Assembly (NCBI GenBank): GCA_937881055.1
Contig: CALGFJ010000061.1
Coordinates: 1 to 47,857, forward strand
From: an uncultured Acidimicrobiaceae bacterium
GTDB lineage: Bacteria > Actinomycetota > Acidimicrobiia > Acidimicrobiales > RAAP-2
Direction: 5' to 3'
Length of the DNA: 47,857 bases
Each line of letters opens with the position of its first letter. Position 1 is the first letter of the stretch. The notes under the pieces were generated by a model. That model made no database searches, had not been told where the DNA came from, and saw nothing but the letters and a program-made list of their open reading frames with translations. The position numbers were made by a program, and so were the translations under genes. Shown here in pieces: positions 27,559 through 40,460 of this stretch.

Positions 27559-28923
27559 ATGTCATTCACCGCAATCAATCCCGCCACCGAAGAGTTCGTC
27601 GCTGAGTTTGAGGCTCACAGCGACGCCGACGTCGAACACGCGCTCGCCCACGCACACAGCGCGTTCGAGGCGTGGCGGGGCACCCCGATATCGGAGCGCG
27701 CACACCTGATGATTCGAGCGGCCGAGCTGCTCGAGAGCGAGATCCCCGTCGTCGCCGAGCTCTTGACCAGCGAAATGGGAAAGACCTTCACCGCGGCGAA
27801 GGGCGAAGTAGCCAAGTGCGCCTTTACGATGCGATACTACGCCGAGCACGCCGAGGCCATGCTGCGCGACGAGGACGTCGCAACGAGTGGGTCGCGCAGT
27901 GGTATCCGCTACGACCCGATCGGCGCCGTGCTCGCGGTGATGCCGTGGAACTACCCGCTCTGGCAGTTCATCCGCGTCGCCGCGCCGACCGTCATGGCGG
28001 GCAACGTGATGGTCCTCAAGCACGCCTCCAACGTGCCGGGATGCGCGAAGTTCATCGAGGACCTCTTCACGCGCTCGGGATTCCCCAAGGGCGTCGTGAC
28101 GACGCTCTTCGTGAGTCACGATCAAGTCCCGCGCATCATCGCCGACCCGCGCATCGCCGCGGTGACGCTCACGGGATCGGATCGCGCCGGTCGCTCGGTC
28201 GCTGAAGCCGCCGGACAGCACCTGAAGAAGTCGGTGCTCGAATTGGGCGGTTCGGACCCCTTCATCGTGGCGAGTTCGGCCGACATGGACGCGACGATTC
28301 CCCTGGCGGTCACCGCGCGGCTCCAGAACAACGGGCAGTCCTGCATCGCCTCGAAGCGCTTCATCGTCGTGCGCGAACGCGCTGAGGAGTTCATCGATCG
28401 CTTCGTGAGCGCGATGGCCGCGGTGCCGACGGGCGATCCCATGGACCCCGCGACGGTGCTCGGTCCGGTCGTGAGTCGCTCGCAACTCGACGAGTTGACG
28501 TCCCAGGTCGCCGACGCCATCGCCAAGGGCGCCGTCGCGCGAACCGGTGGCGCGCCGCTCGAGAGGCGGGGCTACTACTTCCCGGCGACGGTCTTGACCG
28601 GCGTACCGACCGACTCGCGCGCCGGCAGCGAAGAGCTGTTCGGCCCGGTCGCAGTCGTCGAAGTCGTCGACGACCTCGATGCCGCGATCGCCTTCGCGAA
28701 CGCGACACCGTGGGGACTCGGCGGCGCAATTCACGCCACTGATCAGAAGGAAGTTGACGCCGCGATCGCCGGACTCGACGTCGGCATGGTCTTCGCCAAC
28801 TCCGTCGTCGCCTCGATGCCCGAGCTGCCCTTCGGCGGCACGAAGGATTCCGGTTTCGGACGAGAACTGGGAGAGTTTGGCGTGCGCGAGTTCACGAACG
28901 TCAAGTCCTACTACGTGGCGTGA
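27559..28923 (+). CDS. NAD(P)-dependent succinate-semialdehyde dehydrogenase (GabD1/Sad-like)
   Basis: AVMPWNYP, LKHASNVP, LELGGSDPF, NNGQSCIASKR and PFGGTKDSGFGREL motifs. Confidence 0.88.
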   Translation: MSFTAINPATEEFVAEFEAHSDADVEHALAHAHSAFEAWRGTPISERAHLMIRAAELLESEIPVVAELLTSEMGKTFTAAKGEVAKCAFTMRYYAEHAEAMLRDEDVATSGSRSGIRYDPIGAVLAVMPWNYPLWQFIRVAAPTVMAGNVMVLKHASNVPGCAKFIEDLFTRSGFPKGVVTTLFVSHDQVPRIIADPRIAAVTLTGSDRAGRSVAEAAGQHLKKSVLELGGSDPFIVASSADMDATIPLAVTARLQNNGQSCIASKRFIVVRERAEEFIDRFVSAMAAVPTGDPMDPATVLGPVVSRSQLDELTSQVADAIAKGAVARTGGAPLERRGYYFPATVLTGVPTDSRAGSEELFGPVAVVEVVDDLDAAIAFANATPWGLGGAIHATDQKEVDAAIAGLDVGMVFANSVVASMPELPFGGTKDSGFGRELGEFGVREFTNVKSYYVA

Positions 28924-30083
28924 CACAGTATTACTTCGATCACGCGGCGTCGGCGCCCCGTCGCGACGAAGTCGCCGACGCTATGGCGCGCTGGCAGCGC
29001 GGCGTCGTCGGTAATCCCTCGGGCAGCCATAGGGCGGCGCGTGACGCTCGACGGGCGGTCGAAGAGGCGCGTGACGATGTGGCGTCGTTTCTCGGAGCCA
29101 AGCCGGGCGGCGTCATCTTCACCGGCGGCGGTACCGAGTCCTGCGCCCTCGCAGTCTTCGGAGTGACCAGTCACCACCGTCGCACGCACGAGAACTCCGA
29201 GATCCTCATCAGTCGCATCGAGCACCACGCGATCAGCGACGCCGCCGAAAAGATGGCGCGCGACTTCGACGACGTGCGCGTGCGCTACATCGACGTCGAC
29301 AGCGACGGCGTCGTAGACCTCGACTCGCTGATGTCGCTCCTCAGTGACGACACCGCACTCGTGAGCGTCATGGCGGCCAACAACGAAACGGGCGTGCGAC
29401 AGCCGCTCGACGGCGTGAGTGCTCTTTCGAAGTCCATCATTCCCGGCGGCGTCCTCACTCACAGTGACGCCATCGCCGCGGCGTCTGGGGTGCACCTCGC
29501 CAACATGACCGCGACCATCGACATGATCTCGATATGCGCCCACAAGATCGGCGGGCCCGTGAACTCCGGCGCGCTGGTCTTGCGCAGCGACATCGCCCTC
29601 GAAGCGTTGATTCCCGGCGGGGGACAAGAACGCGGCCGTCGCGGCGGCACCGTCGACGTCGCCGCCGCCGTCGGGCTGGCTGCGGCCGTGCGCGTGACGA
29701 TGAAGGAACTCGCCGACGTCACCGACCGGGTCCTCGACCTCCAGGAGAAACTCGTGGCGGCCGTGAGCCTGATTCCCGGATGTCTCGTCACCGGCCTGGG
29801 GGCGCTTCGCGTGCCCGGTACCGTTCACGTCACGTTCGAAGATCTGGCGAGTGACGAACTGCTCTTTCTCCTGGACCAAGAAGGCGTGTGCGCGTCGGCG
29901 GCCGCGAGCTGTTCGAGTGGCGCCGCGAGCCCCAGCCACGTGTTGGCCGCGATGGGCGTGTCGCCCGAGCGCGCACGCGGGTCACTTCGACTCTCGATGG
30001 GGGCCGAGACGACCGAAGCGGACGTCGATGCCGTCATCGCCATACTGGCGAGCGTGGTCTACCAATTGCGCGGCGAGGCATAA
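28920..30083 (+). CDS. iscS: Cysteine desulfurase (IscS/NifS family)
   Basis: YFDHAAS, ANNETG, AHKIGGP (PLP lysine) and ASCSSG (catalytic Cys). Lies directly upstream of mnmA. Confidence 0.85.
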   Translation: MTQYYFDHAASAPRRDEVADAMARWQRGVVGNPSGSHRAARDARRAVEEARDDVASFLGAKPGGVIFTGGGTESCALAVFGVTSHHRRTHENSEILISRIEHHAISDAAEKMARDFDDVRVRYIDVDSDGVVDLDSLMSLLSDDTALVSVMAANNETGVRQPLDGVSALSKSIIPGGVLTHSDAIAAASGVHLANMTATIDMISICAHKIGGPVNSGALVLRSDIALEALIPGGGQERGRRGGTVDVAAAVGLAAAVRVTMKELADVTDRVLDLQEKLVAAVSLIPGCLVTGLGALRVPGTVHVTFEDLASDELLFLLDQEGVCASAAASCSSGAASPSHVLAAMGVSPERARGSLRLSMGAETTEADVDAVIAILASVVYQLRGEA

Positions 30084-30111
30084 CGGGCCCTGCGACTGGC
30101 AGACTAGGTCG

Positions 30112-33197
<3,086 letters not shown>

Positions 33198-33225
33198 GTT
33201 CAAATCGGTAGGGTTATTAGGGACT

Positions 33226-35127
33226 ATGCCAGCGCCTACCTTTGCCAACGGTCACCTTTTGGTCAACCGATATCGAATCCAGGAACTCCTGGGCATTGGC
33301 GATACGGCCGAGGTCTATCTGGCCGACGACCAGTCGCTGCAGCGCTCGGTGGTCGTGAAGGTGCTCTTGCCGCGTCTCGCGGGACACGAAGATGTTCGCC
33401 GTGCCTTCCGCGAACGAATCATCAAGGCCGCCACCCTCAGCCACTCGCACCTCGCGCGCGTCTTTGACGGGGGCCAGGAGTCCGGATCCATATTCATGAT
33501 CTGTGAGTACTTGAGCGGGGGATCGCTCGAGGACGTTCTGTCGAGCGGACGCACGTTGAGCGTCGATGACGGCGCGCGCCTCGGTCGCGACGTCGGCAGT
33601 GCATTGGCCTATATCCACGAGAACGGCATGGTGCACGGGGCGCTCTCGCCGTCGAAGTTGCTCCTCGATGAAGAAGGTCGCGTGCGAGTGAGCGATATCG
33701 CGTTGGCGGGAATCGGCAAGGAGTACCGCGAACGCTTGACGCTCGACGACGTGCGGTTCCTCAGTCCCGAACAGGCGATCGGCGACCCCGCCAACGCCCG
33801 CAGCGACGTCTACGCCCTCGCCCTGATCCTCTACGAAGCCGTGACCGGCATCACGCCCTTCGATGGCGTGACGCCCGAGGCGGTGTTGCGCGCGCGCATC
33901 AACGCGACGCTGCCGATGCGTCCGGAACTCGGCACCCTCGACATGCTGCTCGCCCAGGCGGCCGTCGCGGACCCTCGCCTTCGCCTGGACGCCGAACAGT
34001 TCGCCAGTCGCCTCGGTGCCGTCGTGAGTGATTTTGCGCCGCTGGTGATCGCCCCGGTCGCGCGCGACGTACCGCTGCTGAGCCAGTACCGACCGTCCGA
34101 ACCGCGCAACTCGATCGGTTTTCGACCTCCGTCGCCCGATCAGATCACGGGCGCGACCGCCGTCGTCTCTTCGCTCGGGCGCACCGGCGCACCGCGTCAC
34201 GCGCGACCGGCCGACGAGTGGGTCGCCACGAGCTCGCCCGTCGCTCGGAACCGCAACCTTCGCGACGAATTCGATGACCTGGACTACGGGCGACTCCCGC
34301 AGTCTCGTCGACTCGTCTTTCTCGTGGCGGCGCTGGTGCTGCTCGTGGTGGCCATCGGCGGCGGCATCGCCTGGAAGGTCGGACTCTTCACCCAGAGCAA
34401 TTCCGTACCGAACTTCGTGGGTGTCAACTTGGGCGAATACCAGAACGTCCAGTTCACGAGCAGTGCGCCGATCAACAGTTTGCGCTCTACCGTGAAGGCC
34501 GACGGATTCCTCGTCACCATCAAGCACGCGTACTCCGCGAGCGTGAAGACCGGCACGATCATCTCGCAGTCACCGGTGTTCAACACCGAAGCGAAGAGCG
34601 GCCAAGTGGTCACCGTCACGGTTTCTGACGGCGTGCAGACGGTGCGGTTGCCGGCTCACCTCATTGGTGAGACCTGTAATGCGGCCACCACCCAGCTCAC
34701 CCGCCTGCACCTCGTCGTCAGGTGCCCGGCGTCGCAGATGATCGCGAGCTCCACGACCCCAGTCGGTCGCATCGCTCGCGTGGTCAATTCCGCCGGCAAG
34801 TCGATCACGTCGGCGTTAGTGCATTCGACGGTGGTCCTGGAACGAAGCACCGGTACGGTCGCGTCAACCACGACCACGACCGTCGCGACGACACCCACGA
34901 CCACGACGACGGTTGCCGCCCAGACATTGGTCGCGGTGCCCAACGTCGTGGGCAAGAACGAGGCCCAGGTGCACGCGGCGATGACGGCTGCCGACCTCTA
35001 CTACCACACGACCGGTCCCGGCGCCTCGGCAACGAATCCGACCTGGACGAAGGTGGTGTCGGAGAGTCCCGTCGCCGGTACGAAGGTTAAGAAGCTCTCG
35101 TCGGTGACGTTGACCGTCACTAAATGA
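33226..35127 (+). CDS. Membrane Ser/Thr kinase-like protein with extracellular PASTA-like repeats; predicted pseudokinase
   Basis: Kinase fold (RYRIQELLG, VVVK, SPEQ, SDVYAL), one TM segment and PASTA-like VPNFVG/VPNVVG repeats. Catalytic loop reads HGALSPSK, and DIA replaces DFG. Confidence 0.85.
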   Translation: MPAPTFANGHLLVNRYRIQELLGIGDTAEVYLADDQSLQRSVVVKVLLPRLAGHEDVRRAFRERIIKAATLSHSHLARVFDGGQESGSIFMICEYLSGGSLEDVLSSGRTLSVDDGARLGRDVGSALAYIHENGMVHGALSPSKLLLDEEGRVRVSDIALAGIGKEYRERLTLDDVRFLSPEQAIGDPANARSDVYALALILYEAVTGITPFDGVTPEAVLRARINATLPMRPELGTLDMLLAQAAVADPRLRLDAEQFASRLGAVVSDFAPLVIAPVARDVPLLSQYRPSEPRNSIGFRPPSPDQITGATAVVSSLGRTGAPRHARPADEWVATSSPVARNRNLRDEFDDLDYGRLPQSRRLVFLVAALVLLVVAIGGGIAWKVGLFTQSNSVPNFVGVNLGEYQNVQFTSSAPINSLRSTVKADGFLVTIKHAYSASVKTGTIISQSPVFNTEAKSGQVVTVTVSDGVQTVRLPAHLIGETCNAATTQLTRLHLVVRCPASQMIASSTTPVGRIARVVNSAGKSITSALVHSTVVLERSTGTVASTTTTTVATTPTTTTTVAAQTLVAVPNVVGKNEAQVHAAMTAADLYYHTTGPGASATNPTWTKVVSESPVAGTKVKKLSSVTLTVTK

Positions 35128-35423
35128 GTCGCGGCTGCGACCTCTGTGAAGCGGCCGTCATCACCACGCGTTACTTCGAGGACGACGTCTGCTGGATCGC
35201 CGATTGTGAGATCTGCCTCGTACCGATGGTGGTCTGGATCAAGCACGACGACACGCCGCCGGATGACGTCAAGGATCGGCTCCGATCGGCCTTGCGAACC
35301 GTCGCCGACGTGGAGTTCGGCGACGGCAACTGGTCCTATGACGATCACATGCGCAACATCCCCGATCACTACCACGCGCATGCCCGGCCGCCCTATTTCT
35401 GGCGTCGGGGCCAGCAGCGGTAG
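35124..35423 (+). CDS. Small HIT-like Cys/His-rich protein
   Basis: CDLC, CEIC and C-terminal IPDHYHAH motifs. ATGA overlap with the kinase-like gene. Confidence 0.7.
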   Translation: MSRGCDLCEAAVITTRYFEDDVCWIADCEICLVPMVVWIKHDDTPPDDVKDRLRSALRTVADVEFGDGNWSYDDHMRNIPDHYHAHARPPYFWRRGQQR

Positions 35424-35475
35424 CCCTCGGCATCGTCATTACAATCGAAACACCACAATCATTTAAGGGGTCACC

Positions 35476-36354
35476 ATGGGTGCGCTGGACGGTCGCGTAG
35501 CAATCATCACCGGAGCTGGTCGCGGCATCGGGCGAGAGCACGCACTGCTCTTCGCCCACGAAGGCGCCAAGGTTGTCGTCAATGACCTCGGCGGCGCGTT
35601 GGATGGCTCGAGTCACGCCGCCTCGCCCGCCGAAGAGGTCGTCGCCGAGATCAAGGCCATCGGCGGCGAAGCCGTCGCCAATCACGACAACGTCGCGGAG
35701 TGGGAAGGTGGACAGCGTCTCGTGCAATGCGCACTGGAGACCTTCGGCACGTTGCACGTATTGGTGAACAACGCTGGGATTCTGCGCGACCGTGTGTTGG
35801 TCAACCTCAGTGAAGAAGACTGGGACTCGGTCATCAACGTTCACTTGAAGGGCCACTTCGTACCGACCCGCCACGCCGCGAACTACTGGCGCGAAGAGGC
35901 CAAGGCGGGACACCCGGTGAAGGCCGCGATCATCAATACGTCCTCGACCTCGGGCCTGCTGGGCAACATCGGTCAATCGAACTACGGTGCCGCGAAGGCC
36001 GGCATCGCCGCGTTCACGGTCATCATCGCCGAAGAGCTCGGTCGCTACGGCGTGCGCGCGAACGCGATCGCGCCCGCCGCGCGAACTCGGATGACCGAGT
36101 CCACGCCCGGTCTTTCGGATCACGTCGTGGCGCCGTCGGACGCGTCGGTCTTTGACACCTGGGACCCCGCCAACATCTCGCCGTTGGTCGCGAGCCTCGC
36201 GATGGAGGACTGCGACATCACGGGCCAGGTCTTCTTCGTACAGGGCGGCACCGTGCGAAAGTTTCAGAATTGGACGATGACCGCGACGCTCGAGAAGAAC
36301 GATCGCTGGTCGGTCGCCGAACTGGCCGCGCAACTGCCCACACTGTTGCAGTGA
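35476..36354 (+). CDS. Short-chain dehydrogenase/reductase (hydroxyacyl-CoA dehydrogenase-like)
   Basis: TGAGRGIG, VVVNDLGG, NNAGILRD and YGAAK motifs. Confidence 0.92.
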   Translation: MGALDGRVAIITGAGRGIGREHALLFAHEGAKVVVNDLGGALDGSSHAASPAEEVVAEIKAIGGEAVANHDNVAEWEGGQRLVQCALETFGTLHVLVNNAGILRDRVLVNLSEEDWDSVINVHLKGHFVPTRHAANYWREEAKAGHPVKAAIINTSSTSGLLGNIGQSNYGAAKAGIAAFTVIIAEELGRYGVRANAIAPAARTRMTESTPGLSDHVVAPSDASVFDTWDPANISPLVASLAMEDCDITGQVFFVQGGTVRKFQNWTMTATLEKNDRWSVAELAAQLPTLLQ

Positions 36355-37973
36355 GCGCTCCGCGCCCGGGGGCGCATGTCGACCGCGAAGACGCTGACGG
36401 TCTGCTCAACGCGCGCACCGATCCCGGATCGGGCGCGTTCGGCACGCTCGGCACCGAGGCCGGGAGCGATCTCAACTGGTTCTTCCTATTGCGTCATCGC
36501 GTGCAGGCGCGCGCCGAAGGTTCCTCGCGGTACCAGTGGTGGGTGTTGTGGTCACTGCTGGCCGGACTCTTCGCCCTGAACTTCACCTTCACCGTGTTCA
36601 TCGTCGCGTTGCCGACGGTGGCCGCACAGTTCCACACGAGTGTCACGGTATTGACCTGGACGATGGTCGGGCCACTCCTCGCCTACGGACTCGCCGCGCC
36701 GATCCTCGGCAAGACCGGTGATATCTACGGGCATCGGCGCCTGTATCTCTTCGGACTCTTGGGCGCGATGGTCTCGGCGTTGTTGACCGCGCTCGCGCAC
36801 AACGTCGACATGTTGTTGTTCGCGCGAACCCTCGACGGCGTCCAGGGCGCCGCCACGGGCACGGCGTCGGGGGCGCTGATCAACTCGGTCTTCGGTCGCG
36901 AAGAGAGAGTGAAAGCGATGGGCTGGTGGAGCCTCGTGGGGGCCGGAGGACCGGTCATCGGCGTCTCGCTCGGCGCGCCGATCATCGCCGCCTTCGGATG
37001 GCGCGCGCTCTTCTGGTTCCAATTGGTGCTGATCGTCGTCGCGTTTGGCGTCGTGTCAATCGTGCTGCCCAAGCGTCGGGGACTCGATCACGAAGAGGCC
37101 GAGAAGAAGGCGCAAGCACGGCGTGAGTTCAAGGAGATGGACTGGATCGGCAGTTGGTCGCTGTCGATCGCCGTGACCGCGCTCATGCTCGGCCTGTCGA
37201 TCGGACCGAGCACGGGTTGGACGAGCGTGTGGTGTCTCGGCACCTTCGTGCTCGCGGTGGTGATGACCGCCGCGTTCGTCCATCGAATCCGAACGGCCGA
37301 GCACCCCTTGATTCCGGCCGAGTATTTCCATCGAAGAAATTTCGTGATGCCGATGGTGTTGCGCGGTGCGGCGAATTTCGCCTACTTCGGTGCGTTCTTC
37401 CTCTTTCCCCTCCTCATGGAACAGGGGTACGGCTACTCGATCCCGCACGTCGGCGCGCTTGCCATCGCTCGTCCCATCACGTTCTCGCTCTGTTCGCCGA
37501 TCGCCGGCTACGTGGCCGTTCGCATCGGCGAACGCGTGAGTGCGATCGCCGGCGCCACGTTCCTCGCGGCGTCGCTCGGGTTGTTCGCGCTCTTGCAGCC
37601 GAGCTCGGGCACGTGGGTCATCGCGATCGCGCTCGCGCTCTCGGGGCTCGGCATGGGAGTCGCGATGCCCTCGTCGAGTTCGGTGATGGCCAATGAAGTG
37701 AAGACCAACGAATTCGGTGTCATGTCGGCCGCCCAGATGCTCGCGATGCAGGTCGGCGAAGTGGCCGGCATCCAAGTCCTCGAGACCGTGCAACAGGCCC
37801 TGGTTCGTCGCCGCGGGCTGCTGCACGCCAAGCCCGGACCGGCGTTGCTCGCGACCTTCCACCTCCCGTTCATGATCGGTGCGTGCGTCGGTGCGCTCGG
37901 GTTGTTCGCGTCGCTCTTCATACGTTCGATTCCGCGAAGCCGCAAGGAGAAGGCGCTCGCAAGCGACCGGTAG
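36351..37973 (+). CDS. MFS transporter, 14-TMS (DHA2-like)
   Basis: GKTGDIYGHRR motif A and GWRALFW. GTG start overlaps the SDR stop codon. Confidence 0.85.
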   Translation: MSAPRPGAHVDREDADGLLNARTDPGSGAFGTLGTEAGSDLNWFFLLRHRVQARAEGSSRYQWWVLWSLLAGLFALNFTFTVFIVALPTVAAQFHTSVTVLTWTMVGPLLAYGLAAPILGKTGDIYGHRRLYLFGLLGAMVSALLTALAHNVDMLLFARTLDGVQGAATGTASGALINSVFGREERVKAMGWWSLVGAGGPVIGVSLGAPIIAAFGWRALFWFQLVLIVVAFGVVSIVLPKRRGLDHEEAEKKAQARREFKEMDWIGSWSLSIAVTALMLGLSIGPSTGWTSVWCLGTFVLAVVMTAAFVHRIRTAEHPLIPAEYFHRRNFVMPMVLRGAANFAYFGAFFLFPLLMEQGYGYSIPHVGALAIARPITFSLCSPIAGYVAVRIGERVSAIAGATFLAASLGLFALLQPSSGTWVIAIALALSGLGMGVAMPSSSSVMANEVKTNEFGVMSAAQMLAMQVGEVAGIQVLETVQQALVRRRGLLHAKPGPALLATFHLPFMIGACVGALGLFASLFIRSIPRSRKEKALASDR

Positions 37974-37984
37974 GCTCTTTACCT

Positions 37985-38740
37985 ATGAACGACGACATTA
38001 TGCCCGGCTGCGAGCCCTTTTCGTCCGCGGGAAATTCGATGGGTGTGCTGATCCTGCACGGATTCACCGGCAACCCGTACTCCATGCGACCTCTGGCGCA
38101 GCGCTGCGCCGAGGCGGGCTACAGCGTCGAGTTGCCGCGATTCCCCGGTCACGGCACCTCGATCGAAGACCTCGTGCCGCGCCGTTGGCCCGACTTCGTC
38201 GACGTCGCCCTCGGCGCGTTCGATGAACTGTCCGGACGCTGCGACAAGGTGGCCGTCATCGGCCTCTCGGTCGGCGGGGGACTCACGGCCCTGATCGCCG
38301 AGGAGCGTCCCGGAATCGCCGGATGCGTCTTCATCAATCCGATGCTGAAGGGCCCCGGCGCCGAATTAGAGCAGGGACTGCGGGACTTGATCGATTCCGG
38401 TCTCGAAATAATGGCGACGGACGGAAAATCTGACATCAAGAAAGAGGACACGACCGAGGCGAAATACGAAGGGTGGCCGCTTCGCGCGCTGCAGAGCGTC
38501 ATCGAAGGCGTGGAGGACGTCAACGCCAAGATGTCGTCGATCACGGTGCCGAGTCTCTTGATCTCCAGCCGCGAGGACCACACGGTCGCGCCCGAGAACG
38601 GTGACGAGATCGTCGAGAGGTCCTCGGGTCCCGTCGAACGGATCTGGCTGGAGGAGTCGTATCACATCGCCACGTTGGACAACGACCAAGAGCTGGTCGA
38701 GCGTGCGACGATCGAGTTCCTCGCGAAGGTTCTGGAGTAA
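37985..38740 (+). CDS. Alpha/beta-hydrolase carboxylesterase (Est30/YvaK-like)
   Basis: LHGFTG, PGHGT, GLSVGG nucleophile elbow, EDHTV and SYHIATLD motifs. Confidence 0.9.
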   Translation: MNDDIMPGCEPFSSAGNSMGVLILHGFTGNPYSMRPLAQRCAEAGYSVELPRFPGHGTSIEDLVPRRWPDFVDVALGAFDELSGRCDKVAVIGLSVGGGLTALIAEERPGIAGCVFINPMLKGPGAELEQGLRDLIDSGLEIMATDGKSDIKKEDTTEAKYEGWPLRALQSVIEGVEDVNAKMSSITVPSLLISSREDHTVAPENGDEIVERSSGPVERIWLEESYHIATLDNDQELVERATIEFLAKVLE

Positions 38741-39039
38741 TGCCCGGTCTGAAACGCGAAGACGTCGCGCACGTCGCCAAACTGGCGCGACTGACGATGA
38801 GTGAGAGTGAACTGGATAAATTCACCGTGCAGTTGGGCCAGGTCCTCGATCACGCCAGCGACATGAACGCGCTCGATCTCGACGGCGTCGTCGCGACGGC
38901 GCATCCCTTCGGACTCATAAACGTCGTTCGTGACGACGAAGTGCGCCCGGGCCTCGACCACGACGCGGTGATGGCGATGGCGCCCGACGCGCAAGACGGG
39001 CGCTTCGCGGTCCCGCGCATCCTGGGTGAGGCGCCGTGA
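38740..39039 (+). CDS. gatC: Asp/Glu-tRNA amidotransferase subunit C
   Basis: [18 protein letters not shown] and FAVPRIL motifs; directly upstream of gatA. Confidence 0.93.
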   Translation: MPGLKREDVAHVAKLARLTMSESELDKFTVQLGQVLDHASDMNALDLDGVVATAHPFGLINVVRDDEVRPGLDHDAVMAMAPDAQDGRFAVPRILGEAP

Positions 39040-40460
39040 GAAACGTCCGCGATACCGCGCGCGACGTGCAGAATGGCGACGCCAGCGCGCTGTCCGTGCT
39101 CGAAGAGTCACTCGCGCAGATCCGACGTCGTAACGAGGAGCTCAACGTCTTTCTCCACGTCGATGAGGACGGCGCGCGAGCCGCGGCGAACGCCATCGAC
39201 GGACGAATCGCCCGAGGCGAGAACGTCGGAGCTCTCGCGGGGGTGCCGGTCGCGTTGAAGGACAACCTGTGCCAGACCAACATCCCGACGACCTGTTCGT
39301 CCAAGATCCTCGAAGGGTGGCGCCCGCCCTACAACGCGACAGTCGTCGATCGACTGCTCGCGGCCGGTGCGATTCCCGTCGGTAAGACCAACCTCGATGA
39401 GTTCGCGATGGGTTCATCGACCGAGAACTCGGCCTTCGGTCCGACCCGTAACCCCCTCGACACGTCGCGCGTTCCCGGCGGCTCCTCGGGTGGATCGGCG
39501 GCGGCCGTCGCGGCCGACATGACGCCGCTCGCCCTCGGAAGCGATACCGGCGGTTCGATCCGTCAGCCGGCCGCGTTGTGCGGACTGATCGGCGTGAAGC
39601 CGTCCTACGGTCTCGTCTCTCGTTACGGTCTCATCGCCTTCGCGAGCTCCTTGGACCAGATCGGTCCGCTCACCAAGACGGTCACCGACGCCGCCATGGC
39701 GCTCGAAGTCATCGCCGGCCACGACCCACTCGATTCGACGTCGCTCCCCGAACCGTCGCCGTCACTGGTCGCGCACGTCGAGGACGGCGTGGCGGGCAAG
39801 CGCATCGGCGTGGTCCGCGAACTCATCGACGGCGCCGACGCCGACGTTGTCGCCTCGGTCGAGCGCGCGGTCGAAGCCTTGAAAGAGGCCGGCGCGACGA
39901 TCATCGAACTCTCGGTGCCGGAATTCCGATTGGGACTCAGCGCGTACTACCTGATCGCGCCGGCCGAGGCGTCGAGCAATCTCGCACGGTTCGACGGTGT
40001 GCGCTACGGATTGCGCGTGGACGGCGACGACGTGACCTCGATGATGGAGGCGACGCGCACCGCCGGTTTCGGCGAGGAAGTGAAACGACGCATCATGCTC
40101 GGCACCTACGCCTTGTCGGCCGGTTACTACGACGCGTACTACGGACAGGCCCTGAAGGTCCGCACGCTGACGATCGACGCCTTTCGCCGCGCCTACCACC
40201 AGGCCGACCTGCTGCTCGGCGCCACGACGCCCTCGGTGGCCTTCGAGTTCGGCTCGAAGACCGCCGACCCGATGGCGATGTATCTCTCGGACGTCTTCAC
40301 GATCCCGAGCAACCTGTCGGGCGAACCGGCGATCTCGGTTCCCTTCGGGACCGGCGAGGCGGGGTTGCCGATCGGCGTGCAGCTACTTGGACCGGGCCGG
40401 AGCGAGGGGCAACTCTTCGCGGGCGCGCGCGTCCTGGAGATCGCGGACGGACGACCGTGA
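39036..40460 (+). CDS. gatA: Asp/Glu-tRNA amidotransferase subunit A
   Basis: Amidase signature [36 protein letters not shown] and [10 protein letters not shown]. Confidence 0.97.
   Translation: MRNVRDTARDVQNGDASALSVLEESLAQIRRRNEELNVFLHVDEDGARAAANAIDGRIARGENVGALAGVPVALKDNLCQTNIPTTCSSKILEGWRPPYNATVVDRLLAAGAIPVGKTNLDEFAMGSSTENSAFGPTRNPLDTSRVPGGSSGGSAAAVAADMTPLALGSDTGGSIRQPAALCGLIGVKPSYGLVSRYGLIAFASSLDQIGPLTKTVTDAAMALEVIAGHDPLDSTSLPEPSPSLVAHVEDGVAGKRIGVVRELIDGADADVVASVERAVEALKEAGATIIELSVPEFRLGLSAYYLIAPAEASSNLARFDGVRYGLRVDGDDVTSMMEATRTAGFGEEVKRRIMLGTYALSAGYYDAYYGQALKVRTLTIDAFRRAYHQADLLLGATTPSVAFEFGSKTADPMAMYLSDVFTIPSNLSGEPAISVPFGTGEAGLPIGVQLLGPGRSEGQLFAGARVLEIADGRP

Noticed and set aside
39578-40456. 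Apparent 768-aa GatB with a long N-terminal extension
   Set aside because: The extension is an Arg-rich off-frame read of gatA. The real start overlaps the gatA stop at 40457. The same artefact affects the track's starts for mnmA, the kinase-like gene, the 36270 MFS, the esterase and the 13544 dehydrogenase.
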